A stretch of DNA of 62,664 bases, counting the filler. It is 6 parts of 6 records of this genome, joined end to end, with 100 filler letters (N's around TTAATTAATTAA, not from the genome) between each part and the next. Parts side by side here need not be neighbours in the genome. Positions count along the whole stretch, not along the records: positions 36,579 to 44,167 come from DRR723986_15273; positions 44,268 to 51,339 come from DRR723986_15292; 4 more parts are not named here. One strand, 5' to 3'. The position numbers were made by a program, and so were the translations under genes. Positions 37,300 to 47,989 of the stretch are shown in pieces (the first letter of the stretch is position 1; each line of letters opens with the position of its first letter). The notes under the pieces were generated by a model. It worked only from the letters and a program-made list of their open reading frames with translations, was not told the origin of the DNA and did no database searches.

Positions 37300-39795
37300 A
37301 TGAAAACTCATGTAAAAGCTTTGGTCGTCGGTGGCGGCGCTGTCGGCACCTCGATCGCCTATCATCTGGCGCGTGCTGGCTGGTCGGATGTGATGCTGCT
37401 GGAACGCGACGAGCTGACATCGGGCAGCACGTGGCACGCGGCGGGGCTGTTGCCGCTGTTCAACATGTCTTATGCCACCTCGCATATCCACGACTACAGC
37501 GTGAAATTCTATAAAACGCTGGAAGAAGAAACCGGCCTGAACGCAGGCTTTGCGGTGGTGGGCAATTTGCGCATGGCGCAAACCCAAGACCGGATGGACG
37601 AGTATATGCTTTACGCCTCGACCGCCGAAACCGTGGGCGTGCCTTACGAATTTTTGACCGCCGATCAGATCAAACAGCGCTGGCCATTGGTGCGCACCGA
37701 CGATCTGAAAGGCGCCATCTACCACCCGACCGACGGCTATATTAACCCCGCCGATGTCACCATGGCGATGGCCAAGGGCGCCCGCCAGCGTGGCGTGATC
37801 ATCGAACGCAAGTGGCAGGTGGATGCCTATGAATGGACCGGCAGCGAATGGCGCGTGACGGTCACGAAAATGGGCGAAAAGGGCGGCAACCTTGTGCCGA
37901 CCGAGGAACAAACGGTCATCACCGCCGAACATGTGGTCACAGCCACCGGCAACCACGCGCAGCGCACGGCGAAATTGCTGGGCATCAAAATTCCCGCCAT
38001 CCCCGTCGAGCACCAGTTCATCGTAACCGAGCCCGACCCGGCGCTGGTGGAATGGCGTGCGGCCGGCAATGCCGAGCACCCCGTGCTGCGCGATGCCGAT
38101 GCCAAATGGTATGTGCGCGAAGAACGCGGCGGCTGGATCTTGGGCCCATACGAGCGCAACGCGCCCGCGCGCTTTGAATATGGCGTGCCCGACAGTTTCC
38201 GCGCCGATCTGTTCCCGCTGGATCTGGAACGTATCGAAGAAGAATACATGTCGATGATCCATCGCCTGCCCACCTCGGAAACCGTGGGCCTGAAAGACGA
38301 TTTCAACGGCCCCATCTGCTATACCCCCGATGGCAACCCGCTGGTTGGCCCGGCACCGGGCCTGCGCAATATGTGGCTGGCCGAGGGGTTCTCTTTCGGC
38401 ATTACCGCCGCTGGCGGCACAGGCTATTACATGGCGCAAATGATGGTCGAGGGCGAAGCCGAGATCGATATGGCCAGCCTGGACCCCAAGCGCTATGGCA
38501 GCTGGATGACCACCGAATATGCGGCGCGCAAGAACGAAGAATGCTACGAGCACGTCTTCATTCTGCACCACCCCGACGAAGAGCGCGAAGCCTGCCGGCC
38601 CTTGCGCACCTCGCCTGCCTATGATCGCCAAGCCGCCCGTGGCGCGCAATTTGGTATGGTCAACGGCTGGGAGCGGCCCAATTACTATGCGCCGATGGGC
38701 TTTGACGACCACGCCAGCCGCAGTTTCCGCCGCGGTGGCTGGTGGCAATATGCCGTAGACGAGGCCCGTGCCGTGCGCGAAACCGCGGGCCTGATCGATG
38801 CCACCGCCTTTACCAAACATCTGGTGCGTGGCCCCGGCGCCACGGCGTTTCTTGATGGGTTTACCTGCAACAAACTGCCCAAGGTGGGCCGCATCAACCT
38901 GACCTATGCGTTGACCCCGGCCGGCACCACGCGCACGGAATATACCATCGTGCGTTTGGCCGAAAACGAATATTACCTTGTCTCTGCCGGCGCCTGGACA
39001 GCCTATGACGCCGATTACCTGAAAAAAGCCGCCGAAGATTTCGCAGCGGCTGGCGGGGCTTATGTGGATATCCACGATGTGACCACCCAATGGGGCGTGT
39101 TTGCTATTGCCGGCCCCAAATCGCGTGACATCTTGAACGAGGTGATCAAAGACGCCGAGCCGGGCACCGCGCTGTCGAACAAGCGCTTCCCCTGGCTGTC
39201 GATGCGCGAGATCGAGCTGGGCATGTGCCCCGTTCGTGCCATCCGCGTGGCCTATACCGGCGAATTGGGCTGGGAATTGCACCACCCGATCGAAATGCAG
39301 AACTATCTGTTCGATCTGCTGGAAAAGGCGGGCGAAAAGCACGGGATGAAGCTGGTGGGCGCGCGGGCGCAAAACTGGCTTCGGCAGGAAAAATCCTATC
39401 GCGCCTTTGGCACCGAGCTGGGCCGCGATGCCACCCCGCTCGAGGCAGATCTGCCCCGCTTTGTGGATTTGGAAAAGGATTTTACCGGCAAACAGGCCAT
39501 GCTGGACCAGGGCATTCGCAGCAAATGCGTAACCTTGCTGATCGATGGCCCCGCTGACGCCGATCCATGGGGCCGCGAGGCGCTGTATCTGGATGGCGAA
39601 AAGATTGGGCGCCTGACATCGGGTGGCTATTCGGTGGCTTTTGAGAAATCTATCGGCATGGGCTATGTGCGCCCCGATCTGGCGGTAGAAGGCCAAAAGC
39701 TGAAAGTGCGGATGCAAAACCAGCTTTGGGATGCGGTGATTACCTGCGACAGCCCGTATGACCCGAAAAACGAAGTGATCCGCAAAGACGGCTAA
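37300..39795 (+). CDS. FAD-dependent oxidoreductase of the dimethylglycine/sarcosine dehydrogenase (DAO + GcvT) family
   Basis: VVGGGAVG, LTSGSTWHAAG, YTPDGNPLVG, NGWERP, YTGELGWELH, LRQEKSY; substrate cannot be assigned. Confidence 0.9.
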   Translation: MKTHVKALVVGGGAVGTSIAYHLARAGWSDVMLLERDELTSGSTWHAAGLLPLFNMSYATSHIHDYSVKFYKTLEEETGLNAGFAVVGNLRMAQTQDRMDEYMLYASTAETVGVPYEFLTADQIKQRWPLVRTDDLKGAIYHPTDGYINPADVTMAMAKGARQRGVIIERKWQVDAYEWTGSEWRVTVTKMGEKGGNLVPTEEQTVITAEHVVTATGNHAQRTAKLLGIKIPAIPVEHQFIVTEPDPALVEWRAAGNAEHPVLRDADAKWYVREERGGWILGPYERNAPARFEYGVPDSFRADLFPLDLERIEEEYMSMIHRLPTSETVGLKDDFNGPICYTPDGNPLVGPAPGLRNMWLAEGFSFGITAAGGTGYYMAQMMVEGEAEIDMASLDPKRYGSWMTTEYAARKNEECYEHVFILHHPDEEREACRPLRTSPAYDRQAARGAQFGMVNGWERPNYYAPMGFDDHASRSFRRGGWWQYAVDEARAVRETAGLIDATAFTKHLVRGPGATAFLDGFTCNKLPKVGRINLTYALTPAGTTRTEYTIVRLAENEYYLVSAGAWTAYDADYLKKAAEDFAAAGGAYVDIHDVTTQWGVFAIAGPKSRDILNEVIKDAEPGTALSNKRFPWLSMREIELGMCPVRAIRVAYTGELGWELHHPIEMQNYLFDLLEKAGEKHGMKLVGARAQNWLRQEKSYRAFGTELGRDATPLEADLPRFVDLEKDFTGKQAMLDQGIRSKCVTLLIDGPADADPWGREALYLDGEKIGRLTSGGYSVAFEKSIGMGYVRPDLAVEGQKLKVRMQNQLWDAVITCDSPYDPKNEVIRKDG

Positions 39796-39823
39796 GCCGC
39801 CGCTACGCAAGCTATAAACGCTG

Positions 39824-39853
39824 CGGGCCCCAATCGGGGCCCGTTTTCGTTTT
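39824..39853 (+). terminator. Rho-independent terminator
   Basis: CGGGCCCC-AATC-GGGGCCCG followed by TTTTCGTTTT. Confidence 0.8.
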
Positions 39854-39898
39854 GCCAGATCAGTTTGTGCCTTGATGCACCCGCTTTAGTGCAGGCCT

Positions 39899-40126
39899 TT
39901 AATGCACAGGCACGGGCGACAGATCGTTTTGGCGTGCCAGCATAAAGGCCAGGTGCCGGTTGCGCACCAGCGCCAGTTGCTGGCCCTCGCCATCATGCAC
40001 GGCGTAAAGCGTGCCCTCGCCGCCGATTTTGGCGCGAATCTCGTTTGGCAATTCATCGGCCTTGATCGGGCGCACATAAACGATGCGGTTGTCAGCCTGC
40101 GCGGCAAAATTCAGTTTTGTATCCAT
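39899..40126 (-). CDS. DUF1150 family protein
   Basis: IVYVRPI...LYAVHDGEGQQLALV...A..LARQNDLSPVPVH; directly downstream of Hsp20. Confidence 0.85.
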   Translation of the reverse strand: MDTKLNFAAQADNRIVYVRPIKADELPNEIRAKIGGEGTLYAVHDGEGQQLALVRNRHLAFMLARQNDLSPVPVH

Positions 40127-40129
40127 AAT

Positions 40130-40543
40130 CTAGCCCCTTTTGATCTTTATTGTTTGCACAACCATCTCGGGTTTGGCGCGCTGCAGATCCACGTGCAAAA
40201 GGCCGTTTTCCATAACCGCCTCGCCCACCTCGACGCCATCGGCCAGCACGAAACTGCGCTGAAACTGGCGCGCAGCTATGCCGCGATGCAAAAAGATGCG
40301 GTCTTGATCCGCTTCGTTCTGGCGGCCACGGATCACCAATTGCCGGTCTTCTACGGTGATCGCCAGATCCTCTTCGGCGAACCCCGCCACAGCCAGCGTG
40401 ATGCGATAGCCGTATTCGGAAGTTTGCTCGATATTAAAGGGGGGATAGCCTTCGTTGCCTGTTTTTGCATTGCGCTCTAACAGGCGTTCCAACTGCTCGA
40501 ACCCCAGCATATAGGGGTGAGAGGCCAGTGTTAGTTTCGTCAT
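40130..40543 (-). CDS. Small heat shock protein (Hsp20/IbpA family)
   Basis: GYPPFNIE, ITLAVAGF, FLHRGIAARQFQRSFVLAD, MENGLLHVDL. Confidence 0.95.
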   Translation of the reverse strand: MTKLTLASHPYMLGFEQLERLLERNAKTGNEGYPPFNIEQTSEYGYRITLAVAGFAEEDLAITVEDRQLVIRGRQNEADQDRIFLHRGIAARQFQRSFVLADGVEVGEAVMENGLLHVDLQRAKPEMVVQTIKIKRG

Positions 40544-40549
40544 CGACAC

Positions 40550-40568
40550 GTCCTTGATCTAAAGCGAC
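40550..40568 (-). promoter_or_regulatory. ROSE-like RNA thermometer hairpin occluding the Hsp20 RBS
   Basis: mRNA GUCGCUU-UAGAUC-AAGGAC: UCGCU pairs with AGGA leaving a bulged G. Confidence 0.6.
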
Positions 40569-40607
40569 AGTCCGGTTTCAGCCCCATAGCGGCGACCGAT
40601 GGTGCAA

Positions 40608-40636
40608 ATATGGGCATCCCTGTGCATCGGCGCAAG
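40608..40636 (-). promoter_or_regulatory. Putative RpoH (sigma-32) promoter
   Basis: - strand CTTG-N18-CCCATAT upstream of Hsp20. Confidence 0.55.
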
Positions 40637-40698
40637 GGCTTTGCGAAACGGCGCAATTTCAGTATGTTACTTTCCTGCACTGGGAATAGAATCAGCCA

Positions 40699-40923
40699 AT
40701 GAATGCGCCAACCGATATTTCGATGAAGCCTGACGAGGTTTTGCGCGTCGAGCTTGAGATCTTCCGCCGCGAACATCGCGAGCTGGACGAGGCGATCTTT
40801 GCCCTGCAAGATCGCGGCACCGCAGATCAGCTGATGCTGCAGCGCATGAAGAAAAAGAAGCTGCGTCTTAAAGACATGATCGCCCTGCTGGAAGACCGCT
40901 TGACGCCAGACATCATTGCCTAA
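40699..40923 (+). CDS. DUF465/YdcH family protein
   Basis: EHRELDEAI...LQRMKKKKLRLKD...PDIIA. Confidence 0.88.
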   Translation: MNAPTDISMKPDEVLRVELEIFRREHRELDEAIFALQDRGTADQLMLQRMKKKKLRLKDMIALLEDRLTPDIIA

Positions 40924-40976
40924 CGGCGCGCGCTGGCTATAGTGCGCCACTTTAGAAACCGCTGGGGGTGCTGGGC

Positions 40977-41465
40977 ATGCCAGAAATCAAGGTTGGAATC
41001 ATCATGGGCAGTCAATCTGACTGGCCCACCATGAAAGAGGCCGCCGACGTGCTGACCGAATTGGGCGTGCCCTTCGAGGCGCGTATCGTATCGGCCCATC
41101 GCACCCCGGATCGGTTGTGGGATTATGGCAAAACAGCCGTGGATCGTGGGCTGCAGGTGATCATTGCCGGTGCGGGCGGTGCTGCGCATTTGCCGGGGAT
41201 GATGGCCTCGAAAACCCGGGTGCCGGTGATTGGCGTGCCGGTGCAAACCAAGGCGCTGTCTGGGGTTGATAGCCTCTATTCCATTTTGCAAATGCCGCGG
41301 GGCTATCCTGTGGCAACCATGGCCATCGGCGGGGCAGGGGCCAAGAATGCCGGGCTGATGGCTGCGCAAATGCTGGCGATGCACGATGCCCAGCTGGCCG
41401 CGCGCCTAGATCAGTGGCGGGCGGATCTGTCGGCCTCGATCCCTGACGAACCTGTTGATGACTAA
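40977..41465 (+). CDS. purE: N5-carboxyaminoimidazole ribonucleotide mutase
   Basis: [41 protein letters not shown]. Confidence 0.97.
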   Translation: MPEIKVGIIMGSQSDWPTMKEAADVLTELGVPFEARIVSAHRTPDRLWDYGKTAVDRGLQVIIAGAGGAAHLPGMMASKTRVPVIGVPVQTKALSGVDSLYSILQMPRGYPVATMAIGGAGAKNAGLMAAQMLAMHDAQLAARLDQWRADLSASIPDEPVDD

Positions 41466-41514
41466 CGGCCCAAGGCCAAGTGGCGCGTTTGGCGCCTGAA
41501 TTTGGAAACTGACC

Positions 41515-42591
41515 ATGACAACACCCCTTCCCACCGGCGCCACGATTGGCATTTTGGGCGGTGGCCAGCTGGGCCGCATGCTGGCGGTTGCAGCCAGCCG
41601 TTTGGGCCTGCGCTGCCATATTTTCGAGCCGGGCGCAAACCCGCCCGCGGGCGATGTGGCCCATGCCGTGACCACCGCCCCCTACGAGGACGCGGGCGCA
41701 CTTGGCGCTTTTGCGGCGCAGGTCGATGTGATCACCTATGAATTCGAAAATATTCCCACCTCGGCGCTGGATGTTCTCGAGGCGCTGCGACCCATCCGCC
41801 CGGGCCGCGAGGCGCTGCGCATCAGCCAGGACCGGCTGACCGAGAAAGAGTTTCTAACCGGGCTGGGGCTGCAAACCGCGCCATTTGCAGCGGTGGATAC
41901 GGCCGATGATCTGGCCCGCGCTTTGGAACAAATCGGTGCGCCTGCCATTTTGAAAACCCGGCGGTTTGGCTATGATGGCAAGGGCCAAGCGCGGTTGAAC
42001 AGTGCCGAAGACGCAGGCGCCGCCTTGCAGGAAATGGCCGGCGCGCCAGCGCTGCTTGAGGGGTTTGTGCCCTTTAGCCACGAGGTTTCGGTGATTGCTG
42101 CCCGCGGGGCCGATGGGGCGGTGGCCTGTTTTGACCCCGGCGAAAACGTGCATCGCAACGGCATTTTGCACACCACCACCGTGCCCGCGCGCCTGGCGCC
42201 TGCCCAGCGCAGCGATGCCGTGCTGATGGCCGCGCGCATTTTGAACGCGCTTGATTATGTGGGTGTTTTGGGGGTGGAGTTGTTTGTCACCCGCGCGGGT
42301 TTGGTGGTGAATGAAATCGCACCGCGCGTGCATAATTCCGGCCACTGGACACAAAATGGCTGCGCGATTGACCAGTTTGAACAGCATATTCGCGCTGTGG
42401 CAGGCTGGCCCTTGGGCGATGGCAAACGCCACAGCGATGTGGTGATGGAAAACCTGATTGGCGATGATATCGCAAAGGTGCCCGACATCGCCCGCGAGCC
42501 CCACGCAGCGCTGCATCTTTATGGCAAGGCCGAATGCAAGCCGGGCCGCAAAATGGGCCATGTCAACCGTATCAAGGCCGGTGCGGCCTGA
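41515..42591 (+). CDS. purK: N5-carboxyaminoimidazole ribonucleotide synthase
   Basis: [48 protein letters not shown]. Confidence 0.97.
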   Translation: MTTPLPTGATIGILGGGQLGRMLAVAASRLGLRCHIFEPGANPPAGDVAHAVTTAPYEDAGALGAFAAQVDVITYEFENIPTSALDVLEALRPIRPGREALRISQDRLTEKEFLTGLGLQTAPFAAVDTADDLARALEQIGAPAILKTRRFGYDGKGQARLNSAEDAGAALQEMAGAPALLEGFVPFSHEVSVIAARGADGAVACFDPGENVHRNGILHTTTVPARLAPAQRSDAVLMAARILNALDYVGVLGVELFVTRAGLVVNEIAPRVHNSGHWTQNGCAIDQFEQHIRAVAGWPLGDGKRHSDVVMENLIGDDIAKVPDIAREPHAALHLYGKAECKPGRKMGHVNRIKAGAA

Positions 42592-43034
42592 TGCGCGCGC
42601 TGTTGCAGCGGGTCACGCAGGCCAGTGTCAGCGTTGATGGGCAGCGCATCGGCGCTTGTGGGCCGGGCTTGTTGATTTTGGTCTGTGCCATGCAGGGCGA
42701 TACCCAGGCCGAGGCCGATCATCTGGCCGCCAAAATCGCCAAGCTGCGGATTTTCAAGGATGAGGCGGGCAAGATGAATCGCTCGATCACCGATATTGGG
42801 GGCAGTGCCTTGGTTGTCAGCCAGTTTACCCTGGCGGCGGATACATCGCGCGGCAACAGGCCCGGCTTTTCCTATGCCGCAGCGCCCGCACAGGCCGAGG
42901 CGCTTTATGAATATTTCGCGGCGCAAATGGCGGCCCAGGGGGTGGCGGTGGAAACCGGCCAGTTTGGCGCTGATATGCAGGTCGAGTTGCTGAATGATGG
43001 GCCTGTGACCATCTGGATGGATACGGCCAGCTAG
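42591..43034 (+). CDS. dtd: D-aminoacyl-tRNA deacylase
   Basis: [29 protein letters not shown] overlaps the purK TGA. Confidence 0.97.
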   Translation: MRALLQRVTQASVSVDGQRIGACGPGLLILVCAMQGDTQAEADHLAAKIAKLRIFKDEAGKMNRSITDIGGSALVVSQFTLAADTSRGNRPGFSYAAAPAQAEALYEYFAAQMAAQGVAVETGQFGADMQVELLNDGPVTIWMDTAS

Positions 43035-43159
43035 GGGCCTGCACGCGCGGCATTTGTGACAGTTTGCCAACGTTTGCAGGGCCCGGTTGCCCGATTGCTT
43101 GCCCTTGGCAGGGGCTTGGGCTAATGCCTGCCCCAACACGAGCGGCAAGGACACACGCC

Positions 43160-44167
43160 ATGGCCAAGGAAAAGAAATCGCCCCGCCCCAAGGCGGAAAC
43201 CCCCAAAGGCTTTCGCGACTATTTCGGTGCGCAAGTCACCGAGCGGGCCGAAATGCTGCAGAAAATTGCCGCGGTTTACCATCGCTACGGGTTTGACGCG
43301 CTGGAAAGCAGCGCTGTGGAAACCGTCGAGGCGCTGGGAAAATTCCTGCCAGATGTCGATCGCCCCAACGAGGGGGTTTTTGCCTGGCAAGAGGCCGAAG
43401 ACGACGGCAAGGGCGATTGGCTGGCGTTGCGCTATGATCTCACCGCGCCCCTGGCGCGTGTTTATGCCCAGCACCGCAACGATCTGCCCACCCCCTATCG
43501 CCGCTACGCCATGGGCCCGGTCTGGCGCAATGAAAAGCCGGGGCCGGGGCGGTTTTGCCAGTTTTATCAATGCGATGCCGATACGGTAGGCGCGGCCAGC
43601 GTCGCCGCCGATGCCGAGATTTGCGCCATGCTGTCAGACGCATTGGAAGAGGTGGGCATCGCGCGCGGCGATTATCTGATCCGCGTCAATAACCGCAAGG
43701 TTCTGAATGGTGTGTTAGAGGCGACGGGGCTGGGCGACGATCAGGCCCGCAAAGACGCGGTGCTGCGCACCATCGACAAGTTCGACAAGGTGGGCACCGC
43801 CGGTGTGGCAGAATTGCTGGGCAAGGGGCGGCTGGATGCCTCGGGTGCCTATATCGATGGTGTGGGGCTGGCCGATGATCAGGCCGGCCCGGTTTTGGCG
43901 TTTCTTACCTCTAAGGGCGGCGATAACGCGGCCACTTTGGCCAACCTGCGCGCCGCCATCGGTGCCAGCGCCGTGGGTGCCGAGGGTGTGGATGAATTAG
44001 AGCAAATCGCAGGCCTGCTGGCCGCGGGTGGCTATGGCCCCGATCGCATCGTGATCGACCCGTCGGTGGTGCGTGGCCTTGGCTATTACACCGGCCCGGT
44101 GTTCGAGGCAGAGCTGACCTTTGAAATCTTGGATGAAAAGGGCCGCAAGCGGCAGTTCGGCTCGGTC
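43160..44167 (+). CDS. hisS: Histidine--tRNA ligase (3' end cut by the contig end)
   Basis: [47 protein letters not shown]. Confidence 0.96.
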
Positions 44168-44267
44168 NNNNNNNNNNNNNNNNNNNNNNNNNNNNNNNNN
44201 NNNNNNNNNNNTTAATTAATTAANNNNNNNNNNNNNNNNNNNNNNNNNNNNNNNNNNNNNNNNNNNN
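44168..44267. other. Artificial contig linker
   Basis: N44-TTAATTAATTAA-N44. Confidence 0.98.
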
Positions 44268-45403
44268 CGCAGGCGGGACTGGATGTTCTCTTCCGTCAGG
44301 TCCGGCTTCATGCCCTTGAACAGAGGCTCGAGCGTGGCGGTGATCGCGGCGCGGCCCTCGGCGATGGGGACGTAGTCGTAGTGGCAGCCAAGCGCCTTGG
44401 CGCAGGCCTCTGCATCCTCCAGCGAGTGCTGCGAGGTGTATTCCGACGGCAGCATCACGCAGCGCACGTTCCCGGCCCCCAGCGCGTCGACGGCGATCGT
44501 GGCGACCAGCGCCGAGTCGATGCCGCCCGACAGCCCCAGCAGCACCTTGCCGAAGCCGGTCTTGCGGCAGTAGTCGCGCAGCGCCTCGACCATGACGCGG
44601 TAGTCCTGTTCCCATGGGTCGGGGTGACGCTCGAACGGGCCTTCCAGCGCGCGCCAGCCCTCGGGGCCGCGCTCGAAATCCACATGTGCCACGCAGGCGT
44701 CGAAGACCGGAAGCTGCACCGCCAGCTTGCCGCTGGGGTTCAGCACGAAGGACCCGCCGTCGAAGACCTGATCGTCCTGCCCGCCCACCATGTTGAGGTA
44801 GACCAGAGGCAGACCGGTCTCGATCACGCGGGCCACCATGTGGTTCAGCCGCGTCTCGAACTTGTTGCGGTAGTAGGGCGAGCCATTGGGCACGATCAGG
44901 AACTCCGCCCCGGTCTCGGCCAGGGTCTCGGCCACGTCCTCGTGCCACGCGTCCTCGCAGATCGGAGAGCCGATGCGCGTGTTGCCGACCGAATAGGGCC
45001 CCATCAGCGGGCCGGAGTCGAAGATCCGCACCTCGTCGAAGACCGTCTCGTTCGGCAGATGGTGCTTCAGCACGCGGCTGACCACCGTGCCGCCGGTGCA
45101 GATGTGGTAGGCGTTGAAAAGCTCCGTGCCCTCGATCCACGGGCCTCCGATGGCCAGCGTCGGCCCGTCGGCGCAGTCCTGCGCCAGCGCCTCGATCTGG
45201 CGGATGGCATCGGTGTAGAAGGCGGGCTTCTTCACCAGATCCTGCGCATTGTAGCCGGTGATGAACATCTCGGGCAGGGCGACCATGTCGGCCCCGGCCT
45301 CCTTGCCCTGCCGCCACGCATCCAGCGCAAGGCCTGCGTTGCCCTTCAGGTCGCCCACGGTGGGGTTCAGCTGTGCCAATGTCAGGCGGAACCTGTCACT
45401 CAT
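44268..45403 (-). CDS. nadE: Glutamine-dependent NAD+ synthetase (3' end cut by the contig end)
   Basis: Nitrilase-type domain (LPE, K, ICEDAW) + LGLSGGIDSA, EENIQSR. Confidence 0.95.
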
Positions 45404-45533
45404 CGCCTCGTCGTCTCCGGCTTGCCGTATCCCGTCCGACATAGCAGAAGCAGCCGCGGGGGAAACCCGCCTTGCGGGATTGCCCGGTCTGCGCGACCAT
45501 CCGTGCCGAAGAACCGCTACCGGAGAGCACCCG

Positions 45534-46208
45534 ATGCCCCGCCTCGTATTCGCGCTGATGTTTCTGGCCCTGCCCGCATGGGCGGAGAGGATCACCTACT
45601 CTGACGGCACCACCTACGACGGGGCGGTGCAGGCGGGGCGGGCGCACGGGCAGGGGACGATGCGCGCACCCGACGGGCTGGTCTACAGCGGCGGTTTCGT
45701 CGACGGCCAGATCAACGGCAGCGGCACGATCACCTATGCGGACGGCACCGTCTACACCGGCGATTTCGTCGAAGGCGCCTTGCAGGGAAAGGGCCGCATC
45801 GTCTACCCCAACGGCGCCACCTACGAGGGCGCCTTCCTCGGCAACACCTTCGACGGATACGGCCGCGCGGTCTATCCGAACGGCATGGTCTACCACGGCG
45901 AATTCCGCGCCGGCGTGATCCACGGGCAGGGCTACCTCACCGACCCCTCCGGCTATGCCTACATGGGTGCCTTTCGGAACAACGACCGCCACGGCGAGGG
46001 CTGGGCCTACTACCCGCAGGGCGCCCTGTATCACGGCCGGATGGAAGAGAACCTCCGCCACGGGCAGGGCCGCCTGCTGATGGAGGACGGCACCGTGATG
46101 GAGGGCCGCTGGGAGCGCGGAGAGCTGGTCTCGGGCGCCGACCGGATCGCCCCGGACGTGACCGAGTTCAGCGGTTCCCTGTCGATGAGCGGCGCATCGG
46201 GCGAGTAG
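45534..46208 (+). CDS. Secreted MORN-repeat protein (short)
   Basis: Signal peptide MPRLVFALMFLALPAWA; repeated Y-G-F-xG-xxG-G-xx-Y-DG units. Confidence 0.88.
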   Translation: MPRLVFALMFLALPAWAERITYSDGTTYDGAVQAGRAHGQGTMRAPDGLVYSGGFVDGQINGSGTITYADGTVYTGDFVEGALQGKGRIVYPNGATYEGAFLGNTFDGYGRAVYPNGMVYHGEFRAGVIHGQGYLTDPSGYAYMGAFRNNDRHGEGWAYYPQGALYHGRMEENLRHGQGRLLMEDGTVMEGRWERGELVSGADRIAPDVTEFSGSLSMSGASGE

Positions 46209-46318
46209 CGCGGGACCGCCGCCCGCGCGGGTCCGCGGGCAAAAGAGATTGCCCCCTGCCATGGCGTCCTTTACGGTTCGGCAAGGCTTGAGAACCCGGG
46301 GAGGCGAGCGGCCAAGGC

Positions 46319-47800
46319 ATGAGAACTCCTAGTCTTTTTACCCTGATCGCGGCGGTTTCGCTGGGCGCGGGCGCCTTGGCACAGGACGAGGGCGTCCAGA
46401 CCAAGCAATACGATGACGGCGGCGTCTACGAGGGCACCTTTCAGGACGGTTTGCAGCACGGCAAGGGCACCTACCGGCTGCCCAACGGCTATGAATACAC
46501 CGGCGACTGGGCCGAGGGTGAGATCCGCGGCGACGGCGTCGCGCGCTTCCCCAACGGCTCGGTCTACGAGGGCGCCTTCGCCAAGGGCAAGCCCGAGGGC
46601 ATCGGCAAGATCGTCTTCGCCGACGGCGGCACCTACGAAGGCTCGTGGCTGGACGGCAAGATCACCGGGCAGGGCGTGGCAATCTACGCCAACGGCGTCC
46701 GCTACGAGGGATCGTTCCGCAACGCGCTGCACCACGGCAAGGGCGTGATGACCGCGCCCAACGGCTATGTCTACGACGGCCAGTGGGTGAACGGCGTCAA
46801 GGAGGGAACGGCGAAGATCTCCTACCCCGACGGCTCGGTCTACGAGGGCCGCGTGGCCAACGGCAAGCGCGACGGCACCGGCACGCTGACCATGGCGGAC
46901 GGTCTGGTCTACGAGGGCGCGTGGCGCGACGGGCAGATCGACGGCTCCGGCAAGCTCGTGCAGACCAACGGCGACACCTACGAGGGCGCGCTTGTGGACG
47001 GCCGCCGCGAGGGGCAGGGCAAGGTCGTCTACGAGAACGGCGACATCTACGAGGGCGAATTCAACAACGACCAGCGCCACGGCGAAGGCACCTTCATCGG
47101 GACCGACGGCTACAAGTACGAGGGCAACTGGGTCTCGGGCCAGATCGAGGGGCAGGGCAAGGTCACCTACCCCGACGGTTCCGTCTACGAGGGCGAATTC
47201 AGCGGCGATCTCGCCAACGGCAAGGGCAAGATCACCTACCCGGACGGCACCACCTACGAGGGCGACTGGGTCGACGGCGTGATTCAGGGCACCGGCACGG
47301 CCACCTACCCCAACGGGCTGGTCTACACCGGCGGTTTCGAGAGCGCCCGAAACAACGGTCAGGGCGTGATGACCTTCCCCAACGGCTACCGCTACGAGGG
47401 GCAATGGCGCGACGGCCAGCGCCACGGAGAGGGCAAGGCCACCTACCCCGACGGCTCCGTCTACGAGGGCCAGTTCCGCGAGGGCCAGCGCCACGGCAAG
47501 GGCACGATCGTGATGGCCTCGGGGTTCATGTACAAGGGCGACTGGGACAAGGGCGAGATCAACGGCGAGGGCATCGCGACCTACGCCAACGGCGACGTCT
47601 ACGAGGGCAGCTTCGTGAACGGCAAGCGGCAGGGCGAGGGCACCATGCGCTACGCCACCGGAGAGCAGGCGAGCGGAGACTGGGTGCGCGGCGCGCTGAC
47701 CTCCGACAGCGCGGTCCTGACCCCCGCGCCGGGCGCCGAGGGTGAGGCGCCGGAGGGTGCGCCCCAAGGCGAAGCGCCGGAGGGTGCGGCGGACCAGTAG
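46319..47800 (+). CDS. Secreted MORN-repeat protein (long)
   Basis: Signal peptide; many 23-aa YEGxWxxGxxxGxGxxxYxDG repeats. Confidence 0.92.
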   Translation: MRTPSLFTLIAAVSLGAGALAQDEGVQTKQYDDGGVYEGTFQDGLQHGKGTYRLPNGYEYTGDWAEGEIRGDGVARFPNGSVYEGAFAKGKPEGIGKIVFADGGTYEGSWLDGKITGQGVAIYANGVRYEGSFRNALHHGKGVMTAPNGYVYDGQWVNGVKEGTAKISYPDGSVYEGRVANGKRDGTGTLTMADGLVYEGAWRDGQIDGSGKLVQTNGDTYEGALVDGRREGQGKVVYENGDIYEGEFNNDQRHGEGTFIGTDGYKYEGNWVSGQIEGQGKVTYPDGSVYEGEFSGDLANGKGKITYPDGTTYEGDWVDGVIQGTGTATYPNGLVYTGGFESARNNGQGVMTFPNGYRYEGQWRDGQRHGEGKATYPDGSVYEGQFREGQRHGKGTIVMASGFMYKGDWDKGEINGEGIATYANGDVYEGSFVNGKRQGEGTMRYATGEQASGDWVRGALTSDSAVLTPAPGAEGEAPEGAPQGEAPEGAADQ

Positions 47801-47989
47801 GAGGCTTCAACGCTCAACCTGCTATTCCGAATGATGGTGCGGTCGCACAGGCGATAGTAAAGGTCTGCTTTGCGGACCCAGCAGGCTTTCGCTGAAACTA
47901 CGCCAATGGCTGCTTCGGGAGGGCGAGCGGGTTAGAAACGGTCGTTCTTGCTCGTAACAGCAACGTATCGGTTTTGACGCTCGGTGAAC

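Noticed and set aside
37258-39810. 850-aa - strand ORF
   Set aside because: Antisense shadow of the GcvT-family gene in GC-rich DNA
44381-47767. Long alternative-frame ORFs (44381-45604, 45396-46262, 46271-47767, 46645-47745)
   Set aside because: Shadows of nadE and the MORN genes caused by high GC3 and repetitive codons
46319-47800. 2-isopropylmalate synthase label sometimes attached to such proteins
   Set aside because: Sequence is only a signal peptide plus MORN repeats; no LeuA catalytic motifs
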